Of a DNA stretch of 64,000 nucleotides, positions 1-19,900 are shown in pieces. The notes below the pieces were generated by a model. It made no database searches. It saw only the letters and a program-made list of their open reading frames with translations, and was not told the origin of the DNA. The DNA lies in the NCBI GenBank assembly GCA_009914755.4, contig CP068257.2:25888001-25952000 (forward strand), written 5' to 3'. Both the position numbers and the translations under genes were made by a program. The stretch comes from the human T2T-CHM13v2.0 reference genome, Homo sapiens. Position 1 is the first letter of the stretch, and each line of letters opens with the position of its first letter.

Positions 1-243
1 ACTCAGATCAAAAGTTGGATTATTTACTACAGGCTGAGAGCTCTACACAAGCTAATTTCCTGATGCCTCTCTGATACCATTTTCTAACTTCTTCCTCCAG
101 AAAATTTTCTTCCTTCTGTGTGCATCCTTGCTGGGCCCCAGGACTTTCAAAAGAAGAACATTCTTTAAGTATCTGTACATCTCATTCCTTTACTTCTTCA
201 TTCATATCTAAATTCAAATATGATTGTACCAAAAAAGGCTTCC

Positions 244-555
<312 letters not shown>

Positions 556-1354
556 TGAAACAAAATGTCTCTTGTTTTACTCTGCCATTAACTTGCTTTT
601 AAATCTTATCACTTATCACAGCCTGCCATATGTTTATATTATTGTTTTGCTGATTAGTGTTTGTCCTTCCTAAGTAGAATATAAATATAAAAGCAGGGAG
701 ATTTTCTGTTTTGTTCACTACTGGATTACTAGTGCTTATAGCACTACCTGGTACATAGCAATGACTAAAGAAATGTGTGTTAAATAAGCAATTAAATTAA
801 TTAATCCTGACCAACAGAACTGCTTGGGAGATCTGAGAACTGGGATTCCATGATAAAAATCAAGAAATATGCAAGCGTCCATTTCCTTCCTACTTTTGAT
901 GATGTTTTTTGAGGATGTGATGTTGGAAACTCTGTAGCCTTCTTGGAACCATAAGCAGAGGCATCAGTAACACTCTATGGAAGGGAGAGTAGAATGCTCC
1001 AGAAAGCCAGGACATTTGGTGTTGTGTAGCTAACCAATTCTAACTTTGTTTCTTGATTAGTCAACAAAAAGTGTTTATGCCCTGTTTATTTCTCTATGAT
1101 GTAACCTGTAGCCCAAATCATTCTGGACATGAGTAAAGCAAGCTTGATCCTGATGTCTACTCAAATAATATGGCAAACAATCTTAATGAGAGCCAAAAGG
1201 AGTGAGAAATTGGATGTTTGTGAACACAAGGAATGGGAATCATGAGAGAGGTTGCTAAAATTTGGGCAGTGAGAGACAGAATAGCATGAATAGGGGCACA
1301 GAAGCTCAGCCTGGTAAAGTAAGATCTGTGAGTATCTGGGTTCTAAGCTTGTTC

Positions 1355-1480
1355 TGTCTCTCACTAGTTTTATGGTTAACTAATTTAACCTATTGGGGCC
1401 TCAGATTCTTGCAAAATGGGAACAATAATAGTACTTAGAATGTTGCTGGGAAGATTATCTGTGACGATGAGTGCATGACA
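1355..1480 (+). mobile_element. MIR SINE fragment (core region)
   Basis: Matches the MIR core: ...acctattggggcctcagattcttgcaaaatgggaacaataatagtacttagaatgttgctgggaagatta versus consensus ..cctcagtttcctcatctgtaaaatggggataataatagtacctacctcatagggttgttgtgaggatta. Confidence 0.5.
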
Positions 1481-2606
1481 CTTGTCTACACTGCTTGTTT
1501 TTGAGATTATTATTACGGTTTAGGATCTAAAATGCCAACATGGAGTGGAGTGTGGGGGGTATGCACTTAATTTGAGAGGCAAGTAGGAGACATTTTATTT
1601 TTATTATGTTAACTGAGAGCATTTTGCAAAAGTAGCAAAGAACCAGAGCTAATAGACTTCTTTCCTCCTTCCCTTACAAGGGAAGCCAAGTAACGATATA
1701 TTGAATATAATTTTGTTCAACAAATATTTGAAACCATAGTTGGTTTTCTTTGTTTTGAGCAGTTAATTTTCTGTACCAAAGAGGTTTGAGAGGAAAGGAT
1801 GAGAGTTCTCTTCCTTTTACAGCCAAAGTAAGTAATTCCTTATACTTTATCTAATGCCCAAAATGCCAGAAGCTTACAGGATAAGGGTAATTATTAAAAT
1901 GAATACACTTCATTTTGCTTATAAACGTAGTTTGTGTTTCTCATTATTGCACCCGATCTATAACCACATTTACAGTAAAACTAAATGATCTGTATAATGC
2001 TGAATATGTAAATAAGTATATAATCTGTTGAAAATATCTAAAAACATTTTACAGACATTTATACTCTGTATTCTGGACTGATAATTCTTAATCATATTTA
2101 GTGTCTTTAATGTTAAATACTGCCAATGTTAAATGGCAGTTAAAATAGCAACCATGCTCATTTCTTCCAAATTTCTTTGCTGTGGACACTTTCAGGCTGT
2201 AGCTGAACTGTACAGAAAGATTTTTCTGGATCAAATCATCAGGAAGTTCAGTAACTTTTTTGAACTTGGAAAAGTTAAGGTTGATATGTGAACATATCTG
2301 TTCACAGTTGTTACATTCCATGTGAAAATAGCCAGTTCCAAGGGAATCATCTGCCTTTTGGCACCTCTTTCTACAAGAAACAAAATTGAGTGCAATTCTT
2401 TATTATCTCCAATTTGCTTTAACGAAGTCATTGGAAATTTAGGAAGTAGGGAGTGATACATTTCCTAAGAAATTTACTTATGATTCTTTGAACAACTTAT
2501 AATACAATATGTTTAATGATAAAAGGAGACTATAGAGTCCAAACTTTCCTCTGCCTTTCATATTGTAAAAGTTTAGACCTACTGAATATATATTTATTTC
2601 TCTCTC

Positions 2607-2676
2607 TTTTTTTTTTTTTTTTTTTTTGAGACGGAGGTTCACTCTTGCTGCCCAGGCTGGAGTGCAGTAGCACTAT
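2607..2676 (-). mobile_element. Alu fragment (tail-proximal about 50 bp plus poly-T)
   Basis: T(21)gagacggaggttcactcttgctgcccaggctggagtgcagtagcac, then similarity ends. Confidence 0.75.
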
Positions 2677-3644
2677 TTCTCTTTTCTACAGTCAACTTGA
2701 CGAAAGTCGGACTTTTTCTGTAGTTTTTCTAATTAAATTGATGTGGTTTACCTATAGAAAGGTAATTTCGAAATAATTCAAAAAATATATCAGCATCCTT
2801 TATAAATGCAAAGAGCAATCACAGAAAATTTTCATAACATCCGATAAGATCTGGCTCTCCTTTTTAATTTGTAAATAACTAGAGGATGAAGCCCCTTTCA
2901 CAGGCCACTTTCATGAAGCGGTGTTGTTTTCAGCAGGTTATCGTTTAATCATTAACTGAAGAGACAGATCTGGGACTAAAATATAGTTCAATTCCATATG
3001 GTGTCTGCATTCCTTGGGCATGACGCAAACATGTTCATTGAGGAAGTTAACAGTCACTACAAAGCCGGCCAAGCTGTCGTAGTGTAAAAATTTGGAGATT
3101 ATTTGCAGTATAATTTTTACTAAAGAAAAAGAAATGAGAAAAGAGCAGAGTCATTCATGTAATAATAATACTGGAAAATGTTTTCACTGAAAATATTTTA
3201 AAATTCTAAAGAATAATTACTGAAATCCCTCCTTGATTAACAAAACTTTGTCTGCTGTGCTCACTTTCTTGACCTTATTTAACTTAAACTTCCACTCAGG
3301 TGCATTTTCTGCAGAGGATCTCAGAGTGGACGCACATCCTTTAAAGAGCCTGTAAGATTCCATAAAAGAATATTTTTCTCCAAATTCACCCAGATTCATC
3401 CAGCTCCCTATTTCCAAGATTCTCATGCATCTCACTCTTAAAAATTATTGGCTTAATAGATCTTTTAAACTGATGGAAAGGCAGTGTGTTTTGTTCTTTA
3501 AATGTTTTAAGGTATAAAAATGTTGACTACTATTAATCTTATGCCAGATTATTCTGATACAATTACAATTCATGTGTCTACTTCATATTTATTATTGACT
3601 TTCTTCCTCCAGCTTGTAGTCCAGGTCTAATTGCAAATTTCTCA

Positions 3645-3957
<313 letters not shown>

Positions 3958-4205
3958 TCATTGTATTTTAAATAAATGCATAGGTTTTCATTTTTCCTCA
4001 ACATAATTAACTTCAATACTACCATTGCCTCTGTTTTATCTATTTTCTCTCACATTCCTGTAGGGAGTCATAGGGAGTCATTACTTCAACAGAGTAGACT
4101 GTGATAGCATTTTAAAAAGTAAAATAAAATTAAATAGAATTGAAAAAATCAGAATACAAGGCACATGTTAACAGTATTATTATTACTTTGTGAGGGGTGT
4201 GTGTG

Positions 4206-4232
4206 TGTGTGTGTGTGTGTGTTTATGTGAAT
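4206..4232. repeat. (GT)n microsatellite
   Basis: Run of about 13 GT dinucleotides. The ORF at 4190..4390 begins inside it (MRGVCVCVCVC...). Confidence 0.95.
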
Positions 4233-4834
4233 GTTGTGGAGCATGTGGTATTTACATGTCTACTGGGTCAGGATGTAAAATAAATTTCTTACAGTGGATC
4301 CTTTTCACATCTAAAAGATGTGAAAGCCACTACTTTAGTATAAATTACACTAACTTACTGATTTTACATTTCTATTTTTTGTGTGAATAACTGAGTTGTT
4401 TTTATAATTTTAGCTATTCCTATCACAGAAATTATGCATATATCTCTGTCCTTTTCATAAATAGTTAACTTATGACCTCATCAAGAGCCTTCTAACTATC
4501 TCACAGCTGACATGGATTGAAGTGAACATCTACCTTCTCACTGCAATACTTCCCCATTATCTACCTGATGTATTTTTGTTACCATTCTGAGTTTTTCCAA
4601 ATCAAGAATGTTTAATATTTACATTATTTATCCTTTTGTTATCAATTATCTCTTCTTCAGTAAAACACTATATTACTTCAGGCATGTTCTCTATTATGCC
4701 TGAATTTATGAGTTTCTATCTTTTAGGGCTACATAATCTGTGTGTTCTTTGAATGTTTTAAAGCACAGAATGGACGTGTAGTAGACTGATCAGGAACACG
4801 CATACTTCCCAAGTGTAACTAAACTTGTATCTTA

Positions 4835-5005
4835 TCCAGACCACTTAACAGCTATATGAACTATAGAAAGATAATCAACTTTTTTGTACCTCATTTTTCT
4901 CTGCAAAATGGGCCAGTATCAGTAAACTTTATGAGTATAAAGAACAAATGAGTTAATCTATGTAGAGCAATTAGTGTAGGGCCTGGTAAATGGTAATAAC
5001 TTACT
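4835..5005 (+). mobile_element. MIR SINE fragment
   Basis: ...cagaccacttaacagctatatgaacta...cctcatttttctctgcaaaatggg...aatgagttaatctatgtagagcaattagtgtagggcctggtaaatggtaataac parallels MIR ..ctgccacttactagctgtgtgacc..cctcatctgtaaaatgggg..aatgagttaatacatgtaaagcgcttagaacagtgcctggcacatagtaagcgctcaataaat. Confidence 0.5.
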
Positions 5006-5310
5006 AGATTTTAAGAATTATTAGAATTTTTTGTGACAATACTTTTCCCTTGAGGGAGTCATCCAAAGTATATTTGTAGTAATAAAGGAATGCATTATGA
5101 CGGCCTATTTAGTTTGCCCATTTTAAACATTTGCCAACAAAACATCTGGAGATGAGCTGGAATCTCAATAAAAGAAGTTGGAGGATAGCAGACAGTAGAA
5201 AAAAAATCCACTCTTATGTACAAACAGAGAATCATCCAGCAAGAAAAAAGCCATCACGATTATTAAAAGCAAAATAAACCAATAATTTTAGCCTGAGAAT
5301 TAAAGGAAAG

Positions 5311-5358
5311 AAATGAGAAAGGAAGGAAGAAAGGGAGGAAAGAAGGAAGGGAAGAAGC
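5311..5358. repeat. GA-rich (GGAA/GAAA-type) simple repeat
   Basis: gaaatgagaaaggaaggaagaaagggaggaaagaaggaagggaagaag. Confidence 0.85.
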
Positions 5359-6539
5359 CAGGCAGGCAATCGGTAAGTCAAGAATATTGAGAGCACTGCT
5401 GTGTTCTTGAATTGGAAGATTTAATATAAAAAAACACTGTCCAAAATAGACTTAATATAATTCAAAATTAAATTCAGACTTTTAAAATATGAAGCTCATA
5501 TGAAATAATTAAAAAGTGAATAAGTTGATAATTTTTTTAAGTAAGAGTGAAACTTAATAGTTGCTATGCTATGGTTTTGTATAATAAATGTTATTTGAAT
5601 GGCAAAATTAAATATGAAAGCATATTTTAAAGTTACAACAATGAAAACTGTGTCACTGAATCATAGACTGATCATTGAAACAGAGTAAATAGCCGTTAAA
5701 TTGATTCTTGCTTACATAAAAACTTCAAATAAGAAGAATTTTTTATTAGCAAATGATGCAGTAAAATTGATCAGGTAGGCGAGAATGTTAGAGTTTTCCT
5801 CTGTAGCAAGTAAATTGTAAGAATAACAATTCAAAATAAAATAGCAAGGAATTGTTTGGATTAAAAGCAAATGTTGGTTAGTATTTATCTGAGGTAAGGA
5901 CATCTTTATGTATCTAAAGTTCATTCCGACAGATGAAAAGAGGTACCTGTCTGATCTGAATAGCCAGAACACCAGGACGGGAGCATAACAGGGAGGTAGA
6001 TTGCTTTCCTGGTGATCTGAAGGAGAGCTAGGCATCTCCCTCCCTTCCCCCTGAAAAAACCTCAGTGCATTACACTGAAAGCTTCCCCAGCCACCTCTGT
6101 CAAAGCTGGGACTTCTGCCCATCATTGAGGTGTTACATATACCCACTGGCGTTAGCCGCAGCCAGTTTTTATCCATGGACACTTACTACTGGCCTGAAGG
6201 CTGAACTATTTAACCCAGTGAAAAAAAATACTGAGAAAGAAATAAAAGTGTGCATGCCACTGGAGAACAAGGTATGCTTCATGGGATCTGTGCCATTCTG
6301 GCCTCATGGGAGACAGTGAACTTACCCATATATCCAGCACACTGCTACAACCAACATCTGAGAAAAAGTCATCATACAGATATTCTCTACAGGCAAGAAA
6401 CTCATACAGAGCCTTTGCCACTGAAAGCATCCAGAGCCAGAGCTAGGTGACCATAAACTATACACATTAAAGTCACATCCTTAAGGGAAAAAAGTTTAAA
6501 ATAACCCAGTCAAATCAAAAATAAATTAAAAAATAAGAA

Positions 6540-7640
6540 GAAGAAATAGTGTACCTAAATGAGAAGGAACCAGAAAAAAGTAATACAGGCAATATAAAAA
6601 AACAGACTTCCATAACATGCCCAAAATATCACACTAATGGTCCAGCAGTGGATTCAAACCATAATGAAATCGTTGAAATACCAGAGAAAGAATTCAAAAT
6701 TTTGCCTATTAAATTGCTCAGTGAGGTCCAATAGAAAGTTGAAAACCAGCATAATGAAATAAAAAAAGCAATTCAGGATATGGATGAAAAATTTTATAAA
6801 GAGATACCGATTTTAAAGAAAAACCAAACAGAACTTTTGGAAATGAAAGGTGCATTTAGAAAATTACAACATTCAGTGGAAATTTTTAACAATAGATTAG
6901 ACCAAGCAGAAGAAAGAATTTCAGAGCTTGAAGACAAAGGTTTTGAATTAACCCAATCAGACAAAAATGAAGAAAAAGAATGAAAATAAATTAATAAAGT
7001 TTCTAAAAATGTATATGATTATGTAAAACATCCAAACATAAGAATTGTAGGTTTTCCTTAAGGAGAAGAAAGAGCAAAAAGTTTCAGAAAACCTAATTGA
7101 AGGAATAAATGAGGAAAACTTCCCTGGTCTTTGTAGAGATTTAGACATCCAAATGTAAGAACTTCAAAAAACTCCTGGGAGATTTATTGCAAAACGAAGA
7201 CATCATCAAGGCATATAGTCATCGAACTATCTGCAGTTGATGTGAAATAAATAAATTTAAGAGCAGTGAGAAAAAGCATCAGATGACTCATAAAGGAAAA
7301 GCTATCAGACTAACAGTAGACTTCTCAGTAGAAACTGTACAAGCCAGAATGGATTGAGCTCCTGTCCTTAGATAGGACAAAATACCTGTCAGACAAGAAT
7401 TTGTATCCGGCAAAACTAAGTTTCATTTTAAGGGAGAAATAAAGTCTTTCCCAGACAAGCAAGTCCTGAGGGAGTGTATCCCCAAGAGACCAATCTTATA
7501 AAAAATGCTACAAGGAGTTGTAAATATCTAAACAAAAGGTTGAAATGCTCAAATACAGAAACAATAAAAAGCATAAAAGTATAAAACTCACAGGGCTTAT
7601 AAAGTCGTAATACAATGAAGAAAACAAAGCAACTAAGTAA
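6540..7640 (+). pseudogene. L1 ORF1 (RNA-binding protein) remnant, disrupted
   Basis: Six-frame ORFs at 6549..6734 and 6780..6983 carry L1 ORF1-type coiled-coil sequence (KLQHSVEIFNNRLDQAEERISELEDKGFE). The ORF2 ATG follows at about 7650. Confidence 0.7.
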
Positions 7641-7649
7641 CAATCAATA

Positions 7650-11880
<4,231 letters not shown>

Positions 11881-11941
11881 GAAGGGGGAAAGGAAGGAAG
11901 AGAATTACACAAGAAAAATTACCTATTGGGTCGAATAATCC

Positions 11942-12257
11942 TTTTTTTTTTTTTTTTTTGAGATGGAGTCTCACTCTATTGCCCAGGCTGGAGTGCAGTG
12001 GCAAGATCTTGACTTACTGCAACCTCCGCCTCTGGGTTCAAGCGATTCTCCTGCCTCAGCCTCCTGAGTAGCTGGGATTACATGCACCTACCACCATGCC
12101 TGGCTAATTTTTTTTGTTGTTGTTTTTTGTATTTGTAGTAGAGACAGGGTTTCACCATGTTGGCCAGGCTGGTCTTAATCTTCTCACCTCAAGTGATCTG
12201 CCTGCCTCAGCCTCCCAAAGTGCTGGGATTACAGGTGTGAGCCACTGCGCCCAGCCA
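11942..12257 (-). mobile_element. Alu SINE (antisense, full length with poly-T tail) nested in the 3' UTR of the ancient L1
   Basis: T(19)gagatggagtctcactctattgcccaggctggagtgcagtggc ... gggattacaggtgtgagccactgcgcccagcc. The L1 3' end resumes at 12258. Confidence 0.95.
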
Positions 12258-12744
12258 GGGGATGGATATTCTCAAAGTCCAGACATCACCACCACACAAT
12301 TCATACATGTAACCAAAAAACATTTGTATACCTGATGGTATTATAATAAAAAGACTAATAAGAAAATGTTGGTAAAGATTTATTTGACTTTTAGATAGAG
12401 ATCTTTATTTAAAACACAAAGTCTGAAAAGATATAATTAATCAAGACTGAAAAAAGACAGAAGGATGATTGTATAAAAAATCCTACTTCATAAAAATATG
12501 GTTGAATAATCACAAAGAGGTACAGATACATACTTACTAGACAGTTAAAGATATAGAGCCACCGTTTTCTTATACATTGCCAATGAAGTATAATTGGTTC
12601 AACTTTGGAACATATTTTGACATTATCTACTAAGGAAAAAGATATACAGTTCTTAGAACATAGCAATTTCACCAACTAATAATATTATTCTAGTATTGTC
12701 AAGGAGAGAAATGTGACATTGTTTTTCATTTAAAAAAAAAAAAA

Positions 12745-14118
<1,374 letters not shown>

Positions 14119-14264
14119 AAATAAGATGTTTTGTTCTTTAGAAGGTGTTCTAATCTAGCCAGTGCTAGGAAGCCAGCTTACTCAAGGGTTAATGGACAAA
14201 TGCTTTGAGGCATATAACATAGAAGATTCAACAAATTTATTTTTTAAACTTCATTTTAAAATTT

Positions 14265-14397
14265 ATAATTGACACATTTTAATTGTACATATTTATGGGA
14301 TAGAATGTGATGCTTCAATGCATGTATGGGTATTATAATTATCAAATCTGTATAATTACCATATCTATCAATTTTCACATTTATCTTTTTGTGTGGT

Positions 14398-14398
<1 letters not shown>
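14265..14398 (-). mobile_element. Terminal about 130 bp of an L1M-type 3' UTR, antisense
   Basis: ttttaattgtacatatttatgggatagaatgtgatgcttcaatgcatgtatgggtattataattatcaaatctgtataattaccatatctatcaattttcacatttatc is the reverse complement of the L1MA/L1PB-type 3' terminus (..gataaatgtttgaggtgatggatatgctaattaccctgatttgatcattacacaatgtatacatgtatcaaaacatcacattgtaccccataaatatgtacaattaaaa). Confidence 0.55.
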
Positions 14399-15767
<1,369 letters not shown>

Positions 15768-15809
15768 AAGAAGTTTGGCTTTGTTTTAGGATACCAAGTA
15801 AACAGGTTT

Positions 15810-15842
15810 TTTTGTTTGTTTGTTTGTTTGTTTGTTTGTTTT
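15810..15842. repeat. (TTTG)n microsatellite
   Basis: ttttttgtttgtttgtttgtttgtttgtttgtttt. Confidence 0.95.
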
Positions 15843-16689
15843 AAAAGGGAAGGCCATATAACGTTGACTGCATTATGTCTATGCTTGGGACACAGGGTAT
15901 TTCCATCTGGCAGTTAATTATTCAAAGAATAATAATTTTATAATGGTATAAAGTCATCCAGACTATAAACAATACGGACACTTACAAAGTTGTTTTATAT
16001 GTTTAGTATAGTTTTGATACCCAAATCAGAATAGGACTATTTGTAATAAAGGAAGGTTACAGGTTTATCTGACTTTTGAAAAAATATTTTAATATTCTAC
16101 ATAACAAATGATAAGAAGATTTCCATAAAATCCATCATAACCCAGAAGTTTAAGGATGATTTTCTAAACAAGTTACAGGCATGCCTACCTAATATTACAC
16201 CCCATTTTCTACTTGCCAATGAAAGCTGTTTATTTAGTAAGTAATTCCTTTTTTTTATTTCTCTTTCTCGTCTTCCTTTGCAAGCATGCAATTTGAACAT
16301 ATTTGTGGCCAGTGAGATGTTATCAAATCTGGTTGGGCATTTGCATGAAAAGGTTGTTCTCTCTCAATGAAATGAAACAGGTTCTGGGACCACGCTTCCT
16401 TGTCTCTTCTTTTTTTTTGAATAATGGCATGTTCTCCAAAGCTCTAGTAGCTACCTTCAAACACTTAGGTAAAAGCATGAGGGTGAAATCATAATAAGTT
16501 AAGCATGGTACAGTGAAAAGATGACAAAAGCCTTGATCCCTTATCTCATGTTTAAGAAACGATCTGCTTCATCTACTGCCATCTTTCAACTTACTCTCAC
16601 TTGAAGAAAAAAACAAATACTTCAGTCATTGTTAGTTTTATTTAATGGCAGCTGGCAGCACTCTTAACTGATTAAAAATATGTATCATG

Positions 16690-16965
16690 AACAAATGCTA
16701 TTCTCCATACTAATGGATCTGATGGATGAAATCCAGATGGTCATGTCAATAGATGTAGAGAAAAAATTCTTCTTTAAAAAAAGAAGAGCAATTTATAATT
16801 TAGACAAATGTAATGTAGGAATCAAGAAAAAAAAAACTCTCTAAATCTGATAAAGAGCATTAGCTTGAAACCTGAAGCAAACATAATTAATCGAGGAATA
16901 TTTGCAGCATTAGCCTTGAAACCATAAAGTGAATTTACACAACACACAACACGTGCTGTAAAACA
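16690..16965 (+). mobile_element. Very old L1-family ORF2 (reverse transcriptase) fragment
   Basis: Frame-hopping translation gives ..VMSIDVEKKFFF..LNLIKSISLKPEANIINRGIFAALALKP.. parallel to L1 ORF2 ..[47 protein letters not shown].. Highly diverged. Confidence 0.4.
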
Positions 16966-19900
16966 TGACTATACCAAAATAATGCTTACTTATTAAAGTA
17001 AATGGATGCTGAATGAGGTATTTACTCTTTTTTCTCAATGTTTTGACTGAAGTTCGAAACAATAAGAATATTGGAGAACCACATCAATATTTGTAAGAGA
17101 TGTGCAGTTAGACCGTGGCATGCACAACTTGCTAAACTATAGCTAATCTTCATTAAATCCATTAAAAAACAGCTGACCACACTCCCTAATTCCATAGAAG
17201 AGAAAGTGTAGATTATCCACAAACCGTAACTATTTTTTCTTAGTTCTCTCTAGGGTCAAAATGGGAGATTTTCTGGAGCTTCGTGAAATGGAAGGAAGTT
17301 GCCTGCATTTCCAATGTTTGTTATGGCCAGCAGAGCCACCCAGCTGTACAACTCCATGATGCATTCTTTCAACTTGTTCAGTGCACAATCCCATAAACTA
17401 TGAAGCAAGTATGCTTTGACATGAATGCATGTGTTTCCTCTGGGCCAAGAAAATGCCATGGAACATAACTGGAATGAACTGTCTTGATATGGTCCCAAAC
17501 TGGAAAGCTAGCTTCCTGAGCTACCTCTATCTGGAGGGATATTTCCAGAAGGCAGAAGATAAAAGTGGGTTATAAGAGGCTACCACTTATAAACTTCAGC
17601 GGTGAATCGGGGAATTCCAGTGTGTACACACCTATGGGAGAGATTCTGAAGACTCCATTGACAGAGGCCTTGGAAAAGAAAGTATTTGGATGCTTGTCAC
17701 ACTCAGAGATATTGACAAGGAAGGCAGGTCTGCAAAAAACCCTACTTAGATATAAAGAATTTTGCCCTGTTTCTAAGTATTCTTTTACTCTCAATTAAGG
17801 AGGATCTGGAATATCAACAAAAGAGAAGAAGTAGACAATAAAACAAAATCACAATGTGAGAGAAGCAAAACCCGGGGTTTTAACCAGTTCTCTGAAATGG
17901 GTTCCATAGCTATGACCTCAACTGAAAGGGAGAGAAGACGCGTTACATTAAATATAAGCTTGAGGTTTTGGGTTAAACTGGTAATTTCAACCCCTGAAGA
18001 GTAATGGTAATTATCAAAAATGAACTTATATTTGTAACTGTGACTCAAAAGCCAGGGACTTTTCTGAGTTTTTGCTATGCAGGGACAGATAAAAGAGGTT
18101 TGACACAACACATAGGAGTTAATGAAAGGAGGAAAAATAAACTAAGTTTTGATAGCATTTAAATCAGTTCAGAAATTTCAAAACCTGGGAAAATTTTAAC
18201 TCCAAATATTTTTTAGAGACTTTAAACATGCTAACATGTTAATCTGTTTATTTTGAATAAACAATATCAGACTTAATTTATATATGAATAATAAAACATG
18301 CATTTAATTTTCTATAGTCAGAATGAAAGTTAAAACAACAAATAGTTGTGTGATTCCTAGTTTATTTCTTTGCCTTCTAAATACATTTGACAAATCATCT
18401 ATTCTGTCTGGTTTCTTATCTCAAATTCAATATTTCCATTAAGGGGTTAAATCTTTATTTGGGTCAAGACGGACAATTAAATCATCTAAGCTCACTGTCA
18501 AATTTACTGATGCCATGAGTGAATGTGTGGGACATTTGGCTTCAGCAGTCAGCAAACGTCAGGGGACTGATATTTTCTTTCATATGCCATCTTTTCAGTC
18601 ATATAGGATTAGAGGTTTGGAGTCTTTCAGATGCACATTGGATACATAGAGTTATATTAAAGGGATTTCCTTTCTTTCAAGTGGGCTCAGTAATAGGGAA
18701 AAATAAGAATTTTTTCAATATCTCATTTTATTGCAAATGTGGATTTTAGGACCATGATGATTAAATAAGCAAGTGAATGAGGTTGAGATTATAAGGTTGA
18801 AAGCCATCTCTGCTATTCGCAAAGGAAAGAAGAAGGCAGAGGTGGGGGTGGGGCAGAGAAGAAGGCTAGGAGGAGAGGACATGGCTGAAGGAGGAGATCA
18901 TGGACTGGCATTCTGAATACTGGAACCAAATGCTTTTGAATGACATAACTGGGTTTGTGCTATAAAATCAGATGTTCTTCTGGTTTCTGAGTGTCATATG
19001 TTCACTGAAAAGCATTAGAAATAATAACAAAATAATTAATTTAATCAGCAGTCCATCCAGTTTCATAACAGATATTGAATTACTAAATCCTGTTTCTGAA
19101 TTTTACCCCTCTGGTCGAATATAAAATGAATAGGGAAATTATTTTCACCGCTGAAGTTTATTATAGATATTCTCTGAACTTTGCTGCCCATTCAGAAGAT
19201 CTTACCCTCTCAGTTATTGGCTATGTCTGAAGAGAAGCCTGTGGTGTTGTCATGAAAGCTGCGAAGACCCGTAAGTGAAAGAGATGAATATTAACCAAAT
19301 GCCAAGAGCAAAGCAAATTATGTTTAGGTTAGGACCGTGTAACAACTTGGTTCCACTCATTTACAGTGGCTGTTCAAATTGATGAGCTGAAATGTTTATA
19401 TGCTGATATCAACTCTGCCCTGGTTGATTTTTATTCTAGGGTATTTGCAGAGTTCCCACTTTCAAATGCACGTAGAGAAAATAATCCCCATCAGGACATC
19501 TGGCATTGTTTTTAAACTATCACTTCACTCAGCCTTTGACTGCTAATTTGTTTTTCTTTCTAACTTGTTTAATTTGGAACAATCTTGTTGTAGTCTTTAC
19601 AGCCTCTCTGTGGTGTTTCTTCATTGTAAAAAACAATATGAAATGCAATACAAAGTCTTCCACCACTCACTCCATGAAGCATGCACTATAATATAAAACA
19701 GACAGGTTGCCAATGATGGGCATCCAATAGCCTATTATTTATTAATCTTTAGCATTGATATAAAAGAAGGAATAAATATATTATTTGGTAATTAACCATA
19801 TTCTTCTGCTCCTGAATTCTAAATTTTTGAGAGGCCTTGATAATCAAAAATCAATAATACTTTACTTAATTATAAATTCTGGTTCACTTTGAAAAATGGT

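Noticed and set aside
4061-4080. Direct 10-bp duplication tagggagtca tagggagtca
   Set aside because: It is a trivial 2-copy slippage event with no further structure.
5712-6182. 156-aa minus-strand ORF overlapping the start of the ancient L1
   Set aside because: It has no similarity to anything recognisable. It sits antisense across the L1 5' UTR and flanking AT-rich DNA, and its length is within chance expectation for 64 kb of six-frame translation.
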